From assembly GCA_019828565.1 (NCBI GenBank), contig JAHDYR010000005.1, positions 1,507,992 through 1,571,991 of the forward strand: a stretch of 64,000 nucleotides of DNA, read 5' to 3'. A program made the position numbers and the translations under genes. The notes beneath the pieces were generated by a model, which saw nothing but the letters and a program-made list of their open reading frames with translations, did not search any database and was not told the origin of the DNA. Positions 22,711-33,458 of this stretch are shown piece after piece (position 1 is the stretch's first letter; each line of letters starts with the position of its first letter). Source of the DNA: Carpediemonas membranifera BICM (lineage: Eukaryota > Protista > Fornicata).

Positions 22711-24735
22711 ATGGTCCGTGTATGCGGCCTAGGGAAGCAAAAGGTCCCTTATGACGAGCAAAACAAGGACATTGATCGTTTGCTGAAGAGGGAAGGGAAG
22801 GACAAGAAGAAAGAGGTGAAGCTCCTCCTGCTAGGCGCAGGAAACTCAGGCAAGTGCCTAGCTCCTGGCACAGAGGTTCTTACTGCTTCTGGAAACATTA
22901 GACCAGCTGAAGCGATCATGCTCGGCGACTACCTCCTTGACGACGAAGCCAGGCCCGTCCGCGTTGTTGGCACCACATGCGGCGACGGCAATATGTATCG
23001 GATCGAGCCCTCTGATCCCTGCTTCGGCCCCGGCTTCAGCTGTAACGATAGACACATCCTAGTTCTTAGAAACGCCCAGGGAACAGTCGTCGAGGTTTCT
23101 GTGGCCATCTACCTCGAGAACCCCGGAAAGTTTAAGGGCTTCGGCCTGTACCACGTTGGTAAGGATATCCCGCTCGTCCAAAGCAAGTCCGTCGCCACCG
23201 TGTCCCCCGGGCCTGATCTCTGGCTCCTCGGCGCCACATTCGCCGCTGCACCCGGCCAGTCGAAGATCCCGGTCTCCTTCACCCGCAGACGCCACGGAGC
23301 AGCTGTCCTGGCCGAAGTGAAGGCCAGACTCAACTCCCTCAACGTCCAGTACGCCGAGACCGACCGCGGCGTCGACATTGATGTTGCCAGTGCCCGTGCG
23401 GCCGTCCAACACCTCCGCAACGAGTGGGGCCCCAAGACAGTCCCGGACTGCCTCCTATGCGCCTCCACTGAGAGCCGCATGATCGCCATCTCGGGCTTCC
23501 TCTCCATGTGCGACCTGACCACCCATACGGCTGGTGTAGTCCGCGTAGTCCCGCCGATTGCCGGGGGCGACTGGGCCGCCACGTCTTTCATCGCCATGCT
23601 CCGTGCAGCAGGCTTCGTGGGCCACATCTCCCGCCACGACGACCGCCTGTTCATCCACGGCTCTGAGGTCCCGCCCACGCAGGCCGAGCCCCACGGAGTG
23701 ACTCCCACCCACCAGACTGCGATCCCCTTCACAGTCACCTCAAGAGGCGTGGGACCGTACGTCGGCTTCCAGGTCGAAGGATCAGGCCGTTTCCTGCTCG
23801 GGGACGGCCTCGTTAGCCATAACAGCACGTTCTTCAAGCAGCTGAAGATCATCCACAAGGACGGCTACACCAGAGAGGAGTCGGTGCAGTTTAGGTCCAT
23901 TATCCACAGTAACGTCGTCCAGGCGATGCAGGGGCTGCTCAGGGGCTGCGTCACATTCGGCTACGGTCTACCCGACTCTGCAAAGGACGCTGCCGAGCGC
24001 GTTCTCGCTCTGCCCAGCTTTACCCGCCTCACCCTCGACATGGCGGCCGCGATCAAATCGCTCTGGACTCTTCCGGCCGTCCAACAGGCCTACCAGCGCC
24101 GCAACGAGCTCCAGTTGCTTGACTCGGCCCAGCCTTACCTCGACGACATCGACCGCATCGCTGCTCCAGACTATGTTCCCACCGTGACCGACATACTTCG
24201 CGTCCGGGTCCAGACGTCGGGTGTGATTGAGCTCGACTTCGACTACGGCGGGCTCTCGTTCAGGATGATTGACGTCGGCGGGCAAAGGAGTGAGCGACGG
24301 AAGTGGGTCCATTGCTTTAACGACGTCACCGCAGTCATATTCGTCGTGGCGGCGTCTGAATACGACCTGCAGCTGTCGGAAGATGCCTCTCAGAACAGGA
24401 TGACGGAGGCCCTCGCCCTCTTCGAAGACGTCATTTCGAATCCGATTTTCAAAGATACATCGGTGATTCTTTTCATGAACAAGGACGATCTTTTCAGAGA
24501 AAAGATTGGCCGCTCGCCGATCAGCCAAGCCTTCCCCCAGTACAAGGGGCCCATGGAATATGGCCCGGCTATCGATTACATCATTGATCAGTTCGTATCT
24601 AAGAATCGAGTGTCTACCCGCGATATCATCCCGTATGTCACGTGTGCTGTCGACACGGATCAGGTTCGGAAGGTGTTTAAGGGCGTGAGAGAGATCGTTA
24701 AGCGGTCCAATTTCCGGGATGTGGGCATCATGTAA
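22711..24735 (+). CDS. Heterotrimeric G-protein alpha subunit precursor containing an intein (674 aa precursor, 351 aa spliced)
   Basis: KLLLLGAGNSGK/STFFKQ (G1), RVQTSG (G2), DVGGQRSERRKW (G3), NKDD (G4), TCAVD (G5). Confidence 0.96.
   Translation: MVRVCGLGKQKVPYDEQNKDIDRLLKREGKDKKKEVKLLLLGAGNSGKCLAPGTEVLTASGNIRPAEAIMLGDYLLDDEARPVRVVGTTCGDGNMYRIEPSDPCFGPGFSCNDRHILVLRNAQGTVVEVSVAIYLENPGKFKGFGLYHVGKDIPLVQSKSVATVSPGPDLWLLGATFAAAPGQSKIPVSFTRRRHGAAVLAEVKARLNSLNVQYAETDRGVDIDVASARAAVQHLRNEWGPKTVPDCLLCASTESRMIAISGFLSMCDLTTHTAGVVRVVPPIAGGDWAATSFIAMLRAAGFVGHISRHDDRLFIHGSEVPPTQAEPHGVTPTHQTAIPFTVTSRGVGPYVGFQVEGSGRFLLGDGLVSHNSTFFKQLKIIHKDGYTREESVQFRSIIHSNVVQAMQGLLRGCVTFGYGLPDSAKDAAERVLALPSFTRLTLDMAAAIKSLWTLPAVQQAYQRRNELQLLDSAQPYLDDIDRIAAPDYVPTVTDILRVRVQTSGVIELDFDYGGLSFRMIDVGGQRSERRKWVHCFNDVTAVIFVVAASEYDLQLSEDASQNRMTEALALFEDVISNPIFKDTSVILFMNKDDLFREKIGRSPISQAFPQYKGPMEYGPAIDYIIDQFVSKNRVSTRDIIPYVTCAVDTDQVRKVFKGVREIVKRSNFRDVGIM
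22855..23823 (+). mobile_element. Intein (323 aa) with degenerate LAGLIDADG homing endonuclease, inserted in the G-alpha P-loop
   Basis: Block A CLAPGTEVL, block B FSCNDRHIL, blocks F/G YVGFQVEGSGRFLLGDGLVSHN, and +1 Ser. Removing it restores GAGNSGKST. Confidence 0.95.
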
Positions 24736-24809
24736 GCGTATGAACGTAAATAGTAGGCAAGGTCCTTGGTTTAGGTCTAATCCTCCTTGTAGCACTAATA
24801 ACAATCACT

Positions 24810-27260
24810 TTATTGCTTCTTTGCTGGATCTGGCAAGTCGCTCTCAGCCTGGGCCACGTACTTGTGCATGTTATGCACAACCAGCCTCGCCGCCTGGGCG
24901 ACCTCCGCCTTCCCGCTCTTCCTGAGCTCGAGCAGGTTCAGCCGACCGCTCTGGGGGATCGCGAGACCCTCGTTCCTATGTCTGTAGCACGCGAGCTCGA
25001 ACGCCCGAATAACTGGCGGCTTCCCGATCGATGCAGTCTGGAAGTTCTCCATCGGCTCCCATGTGTTGGCCGAGTCGGGCCAGTTCTCCCACTTCACGAG
25101 GTACTTCGTCGGCTTCTTACGCGTGTCGATGCCGACGACGTGCTGGACCGTGTAGATGTCGTCGGCCTCCTCCTGCTTCTTGCGTTTGGCTGCCTTCTTT
25201 CTCTCAAGCTTCTTCTCCGCTTTCAGCTTCTTCACCTTTTTCGCGGCCTCAGCCTTCTTCTCTTCAGCCGCCTTGGCGGCCACCATCTTCTTGAGCACCT
25301 CATCCTGACGCTCCTTCAGCAATGCAGCCCGTCGTGCGCTGCTTTCACGCTGCTGCTTCTGAAGCAGCCGCTGTTCCGCCTCACGTTGCTCTCTCTGCTT
25401 CTCGAGCATATCATGCTTCGTGTCAACATCTGATGCCATCTGTGTAGCAAGCAGGGCATCCTTCAGAGGCACCGTCTGCATCGGTTCACTGGCGGTCTTG
25501 CCCTCAGATTCGGACAGGATCTCGATCTCCTCGATGTCCGAGTCTGACGCCACATGCGCCCTCTTACCCTGCCCCGCGGTGGGAGCTGGACGGGTCTCCT
25601 CGACCTCCTCTTCCTCGAGCTCGGCGAGGGCCCGCTTCTTCTGCTCAGCTACAGCTGCACGCGATTCAACGGACGAACGGTCGGCCTGAGGCTCTTTGGC
25701 AGGCTGGGCCTTGGGCTTGGCTGAGTTCACTGGGCCGGCTGTTGCCATTCGGGCGGCGTCTTTGGGCGTTCCGGCGGGTACGGCGGGCGTAGCTGTCCTC
25801 GGCGCGGGGGTAGCAGCCTTGGGCGTGGATGTCGACGCAACCGGCCTCATGACAGTCACTTGATTCGTTGGCTTCGGATAGAACTTGCGCTGATCGAATC
25901 CAAGCTTGTTGTAGACCTCATCAAGCACAGGAACCCGCTCAACATGGCTAATAGACCCAATCTGTACAGTAAACCGACCCGTGTTACCCATGGGCAGGGT
26001 GGCAGCACTCCGGACGATCCAGAGCGGCGTGGTGATGGGCTTGGACACGAACCAGTCCTCTGCATCCGACCAGACGAGGAGGACCTCGAGCACACACGTC
26101 GTGGCGAGAGGCAGTCTGTCGATCGGCTGAAGATTGTGGAGGAGCGTGACGGGCTGCGTCGTGCCTATGATCTCTGACGCTACGGCCTTGAGCTCGTCAA
26201 TGGATGTCTCGAGCGGTAGTGCACGTGTAACGCCGACCATCTGGCCATACTTAAACGTAGCGATACAGAGGGGTCTAATCTCGGCAACGTGCTTCTCCTC
26301 GTCACCGAATGCTGCGATGAGAGGCACAGGCACTGTCTGGAAGAGGTTGGGGGCGAGTGAAAGCATGCGGCGGGTTGGCTCGACGTGGATGTTCTGGAGC
26401 TCAGCGGGGGAGAGGCCCTGGAGGTCGGAGCGCTTGGTTACGTCAACAGGCTTGTCTATCGCGGTTGCTTTGAGCCAGGCGGTGTCGAATGCCTTGTATA
26501 CCTCGATCTGAAGGGAAGTACCGGCCAAGAGCTCCTTGTTGTTGATGTCAAACACGGAAGCGGTGCTACCAGGCAACAGATAGACGTATCTGGCAGTCGT
26601 ACCCATTCTAATGAGGATGACGAAGGCGAAGGACCCTGATTCTGTGCCCGCAGTGAGCTGGAGGACAACGGCGTCCTGGGGTCGAGCGGCAGTGGCAAAC
26701 ATGAAGGACGGCACCCGGGAGACGAACGAGAGGCTCGCGGAGGCTGTGGCTCGGGGCATTTGGGCGGCCTTCCGTGGTCCCCAGGCAGCCCGGCGGATGT
26801 AGCGGTGGAAGCGGAAGATAACCCCGCCGGACACAATTGTGCCGCCCACAAGGTTCGCTGAAGCATTCATCTGTATCCCCTTCTGCATCTCCGTCCGCGT
26901 GAGGTATTCAGAGATGTTCTCGGCGACAGTCTTGGATGTTGGCCATGTCGTGGGGATGTGGAGCGACGGTGGTGACAAGAGGGGCACCCGGTGGGGCTCC
27001 TCGCCGAACTGGCGGGTGTACATCTCATGAGTATGTGGTGAAACGTTGAGATCGCGAAGGAGACGCCAGAGAGACTCGACGTCGGTGGTTCGGCTGATAC
27101 GAACTGCCTTCTTCGCCGACAGGTCGTCATTCAGATCTCTAACAGTGCAGAATATGCTATACTCGGAACCACCATGCGGATCAAGGCCGATTGCCTCGTT
27201 TAAGGCGGCCATTACGAGTGCGCCAAAAAATGCACCACAAAGAAACGGCACTAGATGCAT
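24810..27260 (-). CDS. Chromodomain-containing protein
   Basis: C-terminal YTVQHVVG..KYLVKWENWPDSANTWEPMENF after a coiled-coil/basic region. The ORF is open to 27422, but that overlaps the APC6 start, so the true start is uncertain. Confidence 0.75.
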   Translation of the reverse strand: MHLVPFLCGAFFGALVMAALNEAIGLDPHGGSEYSIFCTVRDLNDDLSAKKAVRISRTTDVESLWRLLRDLNVSPHTHEMYTRQFGEEPHRVPLLSPPSLHIPTTWPTSKTVAENISEYLTRTEMQKGIQMNASANLVGGTIVSGGVIFRFHRYIRRAAWGPRKAAQMPRATASASLSFVSRVPSFMFATAARPQDAVVLQLTAGTESGSFAFVILIRMGTTARYVYLLPGSTASVFDINNKELLAGTSLQIEVYKAFDTAWLKATAIDKPVDVTKRSDLQGLSPAELQNIHVEPTRRMLSLAPNLFQTVPVPLIAAFGDEEKHVAEIRPLCIATFKYGQMVGVTRALPLETSIDELKAVASEIIGTTQPVTLLHNLQPIDRLPLATTCVLEVLLVWSDAEDWFVSKPITTPLWIVRSAATLPMGNTGRFTVQIGSISHVERVPVLDEVYNKLGFDQRKFYPKPTNQVTVMRPVASTSTPKAATPAPRTATPAVPAGTPKDAARMATAGPVNSAKPKAQPAKEPQADRSSVESRAAVAEQKKRALAELEEEEVEETRPAPTAGQGKRAHVASDSDIEEIEILSESEGKTASEPMQTVPLKDALLATQMASDVDTKHDMLEKQREQREAEQRLLQKQQRESSARRAALLKERQDEVLKKMVAAKAAEEKKAEAAKKVKKLKAEKKLERKKAAKRKKQEEADDIYTVQHVVGIDTRKKPTKYLVKWENWPDSANTWEPMENFQTASIGKPPVIRAFELACYRHRNEGLAIPQSGRLNLLELRKSGKAEVAQAARLVVHNMHKYVAQAESDLPDPAKKQ

Positions 27261-27377
27261 GGCTTGGATGTAATGAGTTGTCCTGTGCGTCTCTTCTGGC
27301 GCCGTCGCGGTAGGGGGCTCAGCTGGATTCAAACACATAAACTGCTCGACAATTTCTCGCATCGTTTTCAAGCCAGT

Positions 27378-29253
27378 ATGGCAGAACAACTGCGAAATAT
27401 CATCAAGGCATCTGTACCGCACCGCATTGAAAAGTCGGGTGCCGCCATGTTCTTCGCCGATCAGCTGATGTGCCTGTCAAGCGACCCAGCTGACATCAAG
27501 CTCTTCATCAAGGCGCATATCAACTCCAACGACTACGCAAACGCCTTGGAAACGCTAAAGAAGCACAATATGCAGACGCACGACCTCGAGTGCCTCTACT
27601 ACAACGCCCTTTGCCTTGTAAGTCCCGCCATCACTCCTAACACAGAAGGAACTCGGCCGCGAGCAGCAGTGCAAGTCCTTCCTGGGCACCTCCTACACCC
27701 GGACGGAGATCAAGGCGCGTGGAGTGAGCTTCCAGCCCGACTCGGACGAAGCTTTCCTCATGTCCCGCCTATGTCTGCTCAGGGCACAGACACTGGACGT
27801 CCAGGGCCTGAACGAACACGCAACACAGTGGTACTTCAACTCACTGGAGTACGACAACAACTGCACGGCCGCCATCCTCGCGCTGTTTGGGAGCAGCAGG
27901 CTTCCCTTGTCCGATCGCGTCGACGCCACCCGCGCCATCGGCACCAGCGCCCACCCCTTCGTCAACCTCTTCGTCCAGGCGTCTGTGGAGAACACATCTG
28001 CCCTCGAGGCTCTGGCTAGATCCCACTATGCCCAATCGACGGACGTCCTCGTTGCCCTAACCCGCGCAGAGCTCGCCAACTATGACTTCGACGCTGCCCA
28101 AAAACTGGCAGAGAAGGCGTTTGAGCAGAAGCCAGGCTCTACCAGCGTGATTGAGGTACTTGTCCCCTGCTACGTCGCCCTCAACAACACCATCGGACTC
28201 CACCGAGTTGCGACGACCCTCCAGGACCTCAAACCGGACGAAGCCATCGCCTGGCATGCCACAGGCTCTTACTACACCCTTGCCCAACAGTATAACAAGG
28301 CCATGCCCTACCTGTCCCGAGCAATCGAGCTCTCCCCGGGCTATGGCCCCGCCCTGCTTGCTCTTGGCAAAGTCCACTCGAGACTGGAGCAAAGCGACGA
28401 GGCGATCGATAAGTACCAAGCCGCGGTGACCACGATGACGGGTAGCCCGGTTCCCCTGCTGTGTCTGGGCATTGAACACATCAAATTGGGCAGACTTGGG
28501 TCAGCCCGAAAGCTATTTACAAGGGCGCAGCAGCAGACACCGTCGGACCCTCATATCCAGTACCAGTTGGGTATCACTGAATTCCTATCTGGAGATATGT
28601 CTGCGGCTAGAGCGTATCTTCAAAGAGTGGTCGAAGATACGGCGGGTAGATCTCAGCCGACCGTCATGCATCTGCGACACCAGGCAATGGTCCATCTTGG
28701 CCACATCTACCGCCGCACTGCAGTCCGAGACGGTCCCGAGCAAAGGCCCAAGACTCTGTCGGATGCAGAGGCCGCGTATCGCCTTGCCCTTCGACTCGAA
28801 CCGAAATCACACAACGCTCTCGCTGGTCTAGCTATGTGTTTGTCTCTTGAAGGAGACAATGACAGTGCCGCGCGGCTTGTGATGAATGCTTTGGATCAAG
28901 CTCCGTCATACGCACCGTATATCTCCTTATTTTCGTATATCACGTCCCATATCTCAGCAAAGCTGGGAGATCTCCCTCCAGCTGTCGCGCCACCAGCTTT
29001 CCCGAGCAGCAGGTTTAAGCATGACAATCCCAGTAGTGCTTCCTTCCATCTCTCCCACATTTACGACAGTGCGAACTCGGGATCCATCTTGGGCTCTGCG
29101 AGTGGTCGCACGCCAATGCTCCGGACGCCTATGATTGCCACTCCGGGGCTCCAAGGGAGCGGGTTGCTGAGTCGCGGCTCGAGGGGGACGAACAATGATA
29201 GTCGCTTGTCGTTTGGGACAATGGATAGCTTTGAGAGTATTGCAGAGCGATGA
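27378..29253 (+). CDS. CDC16: Anaphase-promoting complex subunit 6 (Cdc16)-like TPR protein; intron 27618-27645
   Basis: AAMFFADQL, AIAWHATGSYY, YGPALLALG and LLCLGIEH match APC6. A 28-nt GTAAGT..CTAACACAG intron joins the ORFs in frame. Confidence 0.8.
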
Positions 29254-29746
29254 GTTGGGCTGGGGGCATTTATGCTGTTACTTATACATGTGGTAAAGTT
29301 TGGGAGTCGAATTCGTCTTGCGTGGTACGTTATTGGATCCTCTGGGAGAGAATGAAATCCAGTGTGCTCTAGCATCTGACACCACACTGTCCTTTCCCAT
29401 TCTCCAGGAGGCAAGAGATCCGAGTGTGAGCTACTCTTCATGAGCACTCGGCCGCTTTGATTGGACCGAGTCATTGCATTCATGAAAGTGTTGGCACCCC
29501 TGTTGGCAACGTCGCCCTCGCGTCCAATAGTGCTGGTTTTGACAGGGTTGCCCAATGAACGGGCCATCTGACCCGCTAAGCTCATACTAAAACCAACGGG
29601 GTTGTCCCGCCGGCGGAGGAGGTCGTTCCATGATCCCCATCCTAAGACCCATCTGCCCCGTGGCACCGCTATGGGATTCATATGGCTGCACCTCCCGTGA
29701 GGTCGCACAGCTCTATTTATGCTCGGTAAATCATCCCATCGATGAT

Positions 29747-30610
29747 TTACTGATCCCGGCCCAGGAGAGACTTGGCGATGTCTCTCTGGACCGAGGGGTG
29801 GAGTCGTACTCCGTTGGCCGTGTATGCCAGGAGGCTTGACGTCGAGCGCCAGTTGCTCAGCGCCATCAGGACGTTGTCTGGAGTCCCGGCCACAGCCAGC
29901 TCCGTGGCCGCCCCCTTGCGGAAGCTATGCCAGGTGATCGAGTCTCCGAACAGAGAGGCTACCCATGCCCTCATCGCTCCCTCGGATAGCGCCTTTGTCC
30001 TGCTCACCCGGTCGCCCCTCACGCGGCGCCAGAGGGAGTCGCTATCGTGGCATGTGGCCAGGTCGATCCAGCGCTTCAACGCCTTGGCCGCGTTGAAGGT
30101 GTCGAACGTGGCGTTAACCACCAGCTTCTTGACCGCTGTCCCCGTCTTCGTGCGCGCCATGAAAAGTGTCGCGTCACCTTCCGAGCTAAACGAGATATCA
30201 CCACGTGTGAGTGAGAAGATCTCTTTGCCGCGGCTGACGGTTTGGAAACATAGTGTGGCGAACAGCACAGCCTGGAAGGTCTTGGGGTCGCGCTTCCACT
30301 GTGTAAGGCCCTGCCGCACTAGGGCGCTCGTCGCAGGGACGACTCCGCCCGATAGGCCTGCCGTTGACGCGATATGGCGGACAGATGCTATGATCTGTTT
30401 TGTCTCCGGCGGGGGTGTCCAGTCGCAGACGAGGGGCGCGCCGTTACAGATCCAGTATCCCTTCTTGCCGACAGTATCGGGCCCAGAAGTCTTGGCCTCT
30501 TTCGTCAGGAAGTGTCGTAGTTGCTCCGCATGAGAGGCCGTGTGACGCCTTGAGGCCTTGAACCTGACGATGTACCCCGCCGCCGCCCTGCGTGATGCGT
30601 CCAACTTCAA
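29747..30610 (-). CDS. Tyrosine recombinase (element 1)
   Basis: VSRGKE (R), RTKT (K), HSFRKG (HxxR), NWRS (W), LAY (Y). Confidence 0.92.
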   Translation of the reverse strand: MKLDASRRAAAGYIVRFKASRRHTASHAEQLRHFLTKEAKTSGPDTVGKKGYWICNGAPLVCDWTPPPETKQIIASVRHIASTAGLSGGVVPATSALVRQGLTQWKRDPKTFQAVLFATLCFQTVSRGKEIFSLTRGDISFSSEGDATLFMARTKTGTAVKKLVVNATFDTFNAAKALKRWIDLATCHDSDSLWRRVRGDRVSRTKALSEGAMRAWVASLFGDSITWHSFRKGAATELAVAGTPDNVLMALSNWRSTSSLLAYTANGVRLHPSVQRDIAKSLLGRDQ

Positions 30611-32511
30611 ATGAGAGAGCCTGTCGTGGGTGATGAGGAACTGGAAGTCTTCACTATCATCGCGATGAGCCTGACTTTTGTCGGGAATAGTCTCGCCAGC
30701 TCTTTCCCCTCTATGGTGTTCTCTTGAAGCCGGAAGTACATCTTGGGAACCGTGGAGAGACGCAGTAGTCGTCGAATCTCCGGCGATGGAATGTCTGGAA
30801 TCACTACAACGGCCGCTGATGTCCAGCTCTGAGGGTTCCCAGTCTGGGTCGGAGCCCGTATCCTCTGCAGGTGAAGAAACATCGGACTAATCATCGCTAC
30901 TGGGGGCGCTGCGAACACTCTCATCCCTCGCCAGTATCGCGAGAGCCCGTGTTGTGTGATCGTCCATGCTACCTGAGCGGAGCCGGGAAGGGTGAGCCGG
31001 CGGGAGGGGTTGGCCGTGGCGTCCACCTGGACGGGTCCCCACTGGCGCTGTATCCTCTCTAGGACGTGGCGTGGGGTGGCCCACTCCAGTGCCGCGAAGC
31101 GGCTCAGGCGGTCTGGCTCGGCGTTCAAGTGACCCGCGATATGTAAGCAGCGGGGTGTGAGCAGCTTCTCGTCCGCCAGCCTCTGTAGGTCCGCGAGTAG
31201 GGCCATCACCGTGGCATCCGCCCGTGTCGAGCCGCCCTTGTTGATCCAAGAGACTACCGCCGTATTGTCCACGAAGATAGTAAGCGTACGCTGCTGTGGC
31301 TGTTTTGCTAGCAGACTTACCCCTTGCACCGCCGCGAATAGCTCCTTCGTACAGATGTGGGCGTCCGAGATGTCTGGTGGGAACCCCCCTTGGGCGGAGT
31401 TGCACGTGTCGCCGTAGTAGACCCTGGCTCCCCAGCCAAAACCCGAGGCATCGGTCGCTATCGTCACCTCTATAGCGTCGATCATATCCCACAGAGCCCG
31501 CAGTTCTGCAAACGACCTTGACGGGCGCTCCTCGAGCAGGGTCAACCATTGCTTCAGCTCCTCCCTGAGCTGCGCGTCCAGCTGTACTGTGCCTTGCGGC
31601 GTCCTTGCTTGCAGTGCTCTGAGCTTGAGTTGCGCGGCGTGGGCTGCTGTGGCAAAGAACGAAAGGCGGCCTAGGATCTTGGCGTACGTCTCCGCCTTGA
31701 TCTTGTCGCCTGTCATGGCACTTTGGATAGACTGTTGGTACTTGAGCGCCTTGTCGGAGGATAGACGGACGCAGCAGTCTTCTGTGTTGATCAGTAGGCC
31801 CAAGTACTCCATGCAGCGAGTTGGCTTGAGTATGCACTTGTCCAGGCCTGGAATGACTCCCAGGCTGCGCATGATGTCGAGAGCCTGAGCTGTCGCCCGC
31901 TCCAGGTGCTCCGCCGAATCGGCCGATAGCAGGAAGTCGTCCAGGTAAACGCAGACATGCACCCGAGTACGTCTTGCGATAATTTTGGCCAGTTGTACCG
32001 TGATGGTTTGGAAAAAGTAGGGCGCAGCTGACCAGCCAAAGGGGAGGCCTGTGTAGTGAAAGGCTTCGCCCTCCGGGGTGACTATCCCCAGCAGCTGTCT
32101 GTCCTGCTCCCGCACCGGCACCTGAGAGTAGCCTGAACGGAGATCATTCTTGGTCATCCAATCGCCTGCCGTGAGAGTGGCCAACGCACGTTTGATCCCG
32201 AACAGCCTGAACACGCGCGTCTCGGCTGAGACCTCGTTCAGCCTCCGTAGGTCGTGCACCACGCGGATATCGGGCCCCTTGGGCACTGGGAATATAGGGG
32301 CTGAGTGTCGGAGGGAGGCCAAAGATGTCCTGGAGATGATGCCCTCCTCGAGCATGGAGGGGAGTTTTGCCCTCACTCTGTAGTCTAGCCTGGTCTGGGG
32401 AGCCGCTGGTGGAGGCTCGCTCGTGAGATGGATTGGAACGCCATCCCTCAGTAGTTTGACAACGTGCTCCGAGGCGCCGAAGCGCTCCCAGAGTCGCCAC
32501 ACGTTGATCAT
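30607..32511 (-). CDS. RT-RNase H-methyltransferase-like polyprotein (element 1)
   Basis: DLRSGYSQ, LPFGW, YLDD; RNase H TDAS..KEL..VDN; DIRS MT-like VDATA..W..FAAPP. Confidence 0.93.
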   Translation of the reverse strand: MINVWRLWERFGASEHVVKLLRDGVPIHLTSEPPPAAPQTRLDYRVRAKLPSMLEEGIISRTSLASLRHSAPIFPVPKGPDIRVVHDLRRLNEVSAETRVFRLFGIKRALATLTAGDWMTKNDLRSGYSQVPVREQDRQLLGIVTPEGEAFHYTGLPFGWSAAPYFFQTITVQLAKIIARRTRVHVCVYLDDFLLSADSAEHLERATAQALDIMRSLGVIPGLDKCILKPTRCMEYLGLLINTEDCCVRLSSDKALKYQQSIQSAMTGDKIKAETYAKILGRLSFFATAAHAAQLKLRALQARTPQGTVQLDAQLREELKQWLTLLEERPSRSFAELRALWDMIDAIEVTIATDASGFGWGARVYYGDTCNSAQGGFPPDISDAHICTKELFAAVQGVSLLAKQPQQRTLTIFVDNTAVVSWINKGGSTRADATVMALLADLQRLADEKLLTPRCLHIAGHLNAEPDRLSRFAALEWATPRHVLERIQRQWGPVQVDATANPSRRLTLPGSAQVAWTITQHGLSRYWRGMRVFAAPPVAMISPMFLHLQRIRAPTQTGNPQSWTSAAVVVIPDIPSPEIRRLLRLSTVPKMYFRLQENTIEGKELARLFPTKVRLIAMIVKTSSSSSPTTGSLI

Positions 32512-32528
32512 CGATGGAAATTGGGTAG

Positions 32529-33133
32529 TTAGTTTGGGTTAAGGTTGCCTTTGCGGCTGTTGCCGCGTCGAGGGCCGTCGCCGCCTCCGCTGTTGTCAGG
32601 GCCGGACGCCTTCTTCTTCCCTTTGATCTTGGCCTTGAGCTCAAGGGACTCGAGATAGGACTCCGGGACAGTGCCTTTCTCTGCGAGGGCCTTTGAGACC
32701 ATGTTCTGAAAGTAGTGGATGGTGGCTGGCGTGTAGTCTTCATCCTTCATCATGAGCGCCCTGCGGCGTGAGGAGAGAAGGGGCGAAAGCCGCTTAAGCA
32801 TCTTGGTATCGGTCGTGGAGTGTACGATTGCCTGAACTCTTCGGATGAATTTTGCCTCCTCCTCGAGAGGACGCTTTTTCGGCATCGTCGACATGGCCTC
32901 GAAATAAGCAAGAGATTCCATTACGGGATCCGGCTGGTCATCAGTGGTGTTGATCTCAAGCTCATCCGGCTCTTCTTCTTCTTCCACTTCCGTGTCTCCT
33001 TTGACGAGCCCGAAACGAGGCGCTGGAGCAGTTCTTCCGTTCTTTTGCTGGCCTCCTTCATTTCTGCTACCGTCTCTTGTAGGGCTCTAACCTCCTGCGC
33101 CTTCGCAGCTTCGCGCTGCGATTCTTCGACCAT
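32529..33133 (-). CDS. gag-like ORF(s) of element 1 (32921-33133 and 32529-32987 overlap in different frames)
   Basis: MPKKRPLEEEAKF..KDEDYTPAT..LELKAK aligns with element 2 gag MPKRFGLEDEARF..KDVYTDAT..LELAAR. Confidence 0.65.
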
Positions 33134-33458
33134 CTGTCAGCATAAGCTGCACTGACAGACGTTGACCGTGGCGCACTAACTTTCGTCAGCCGCCGCCACT
33201 GGCCGTCGCCCGGGCGACAAATTGCTGGGGTACTACCCGAGGCAGTCTAGTTGGGTGGTCACAATTAACTTGATCTTAGTTTGTTGATGGCCTGATCTTA
33301 AAATACTTGAAAATGCAACTTGATCGAAAGAAATCGTGTACTACCCAACTATCCAGGCAGCTAGAATCCAGTCGCAGTCATAGTCGCCCTGGTAGACCAG
33401 TCGTAGGTGCCGCGAATATCTTATCTTCAACAAAATATCGCAATTTCCAGAATTCCAC

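Larger units (their letters stand above)
29550..33239 (-). mobile_element. DIRS/PAT-like tyrosine-recombinase retrotransposon, element 1
   Basis: gag-like, RT-RNaseH-MT and YR ORFs. A-like end GGGTACTACCCG at 33228-33239 and B-like repeat at 29550-29601, both homologous to element 3 repeats. No matching second A/B pair seen. Confidence 0.88.
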
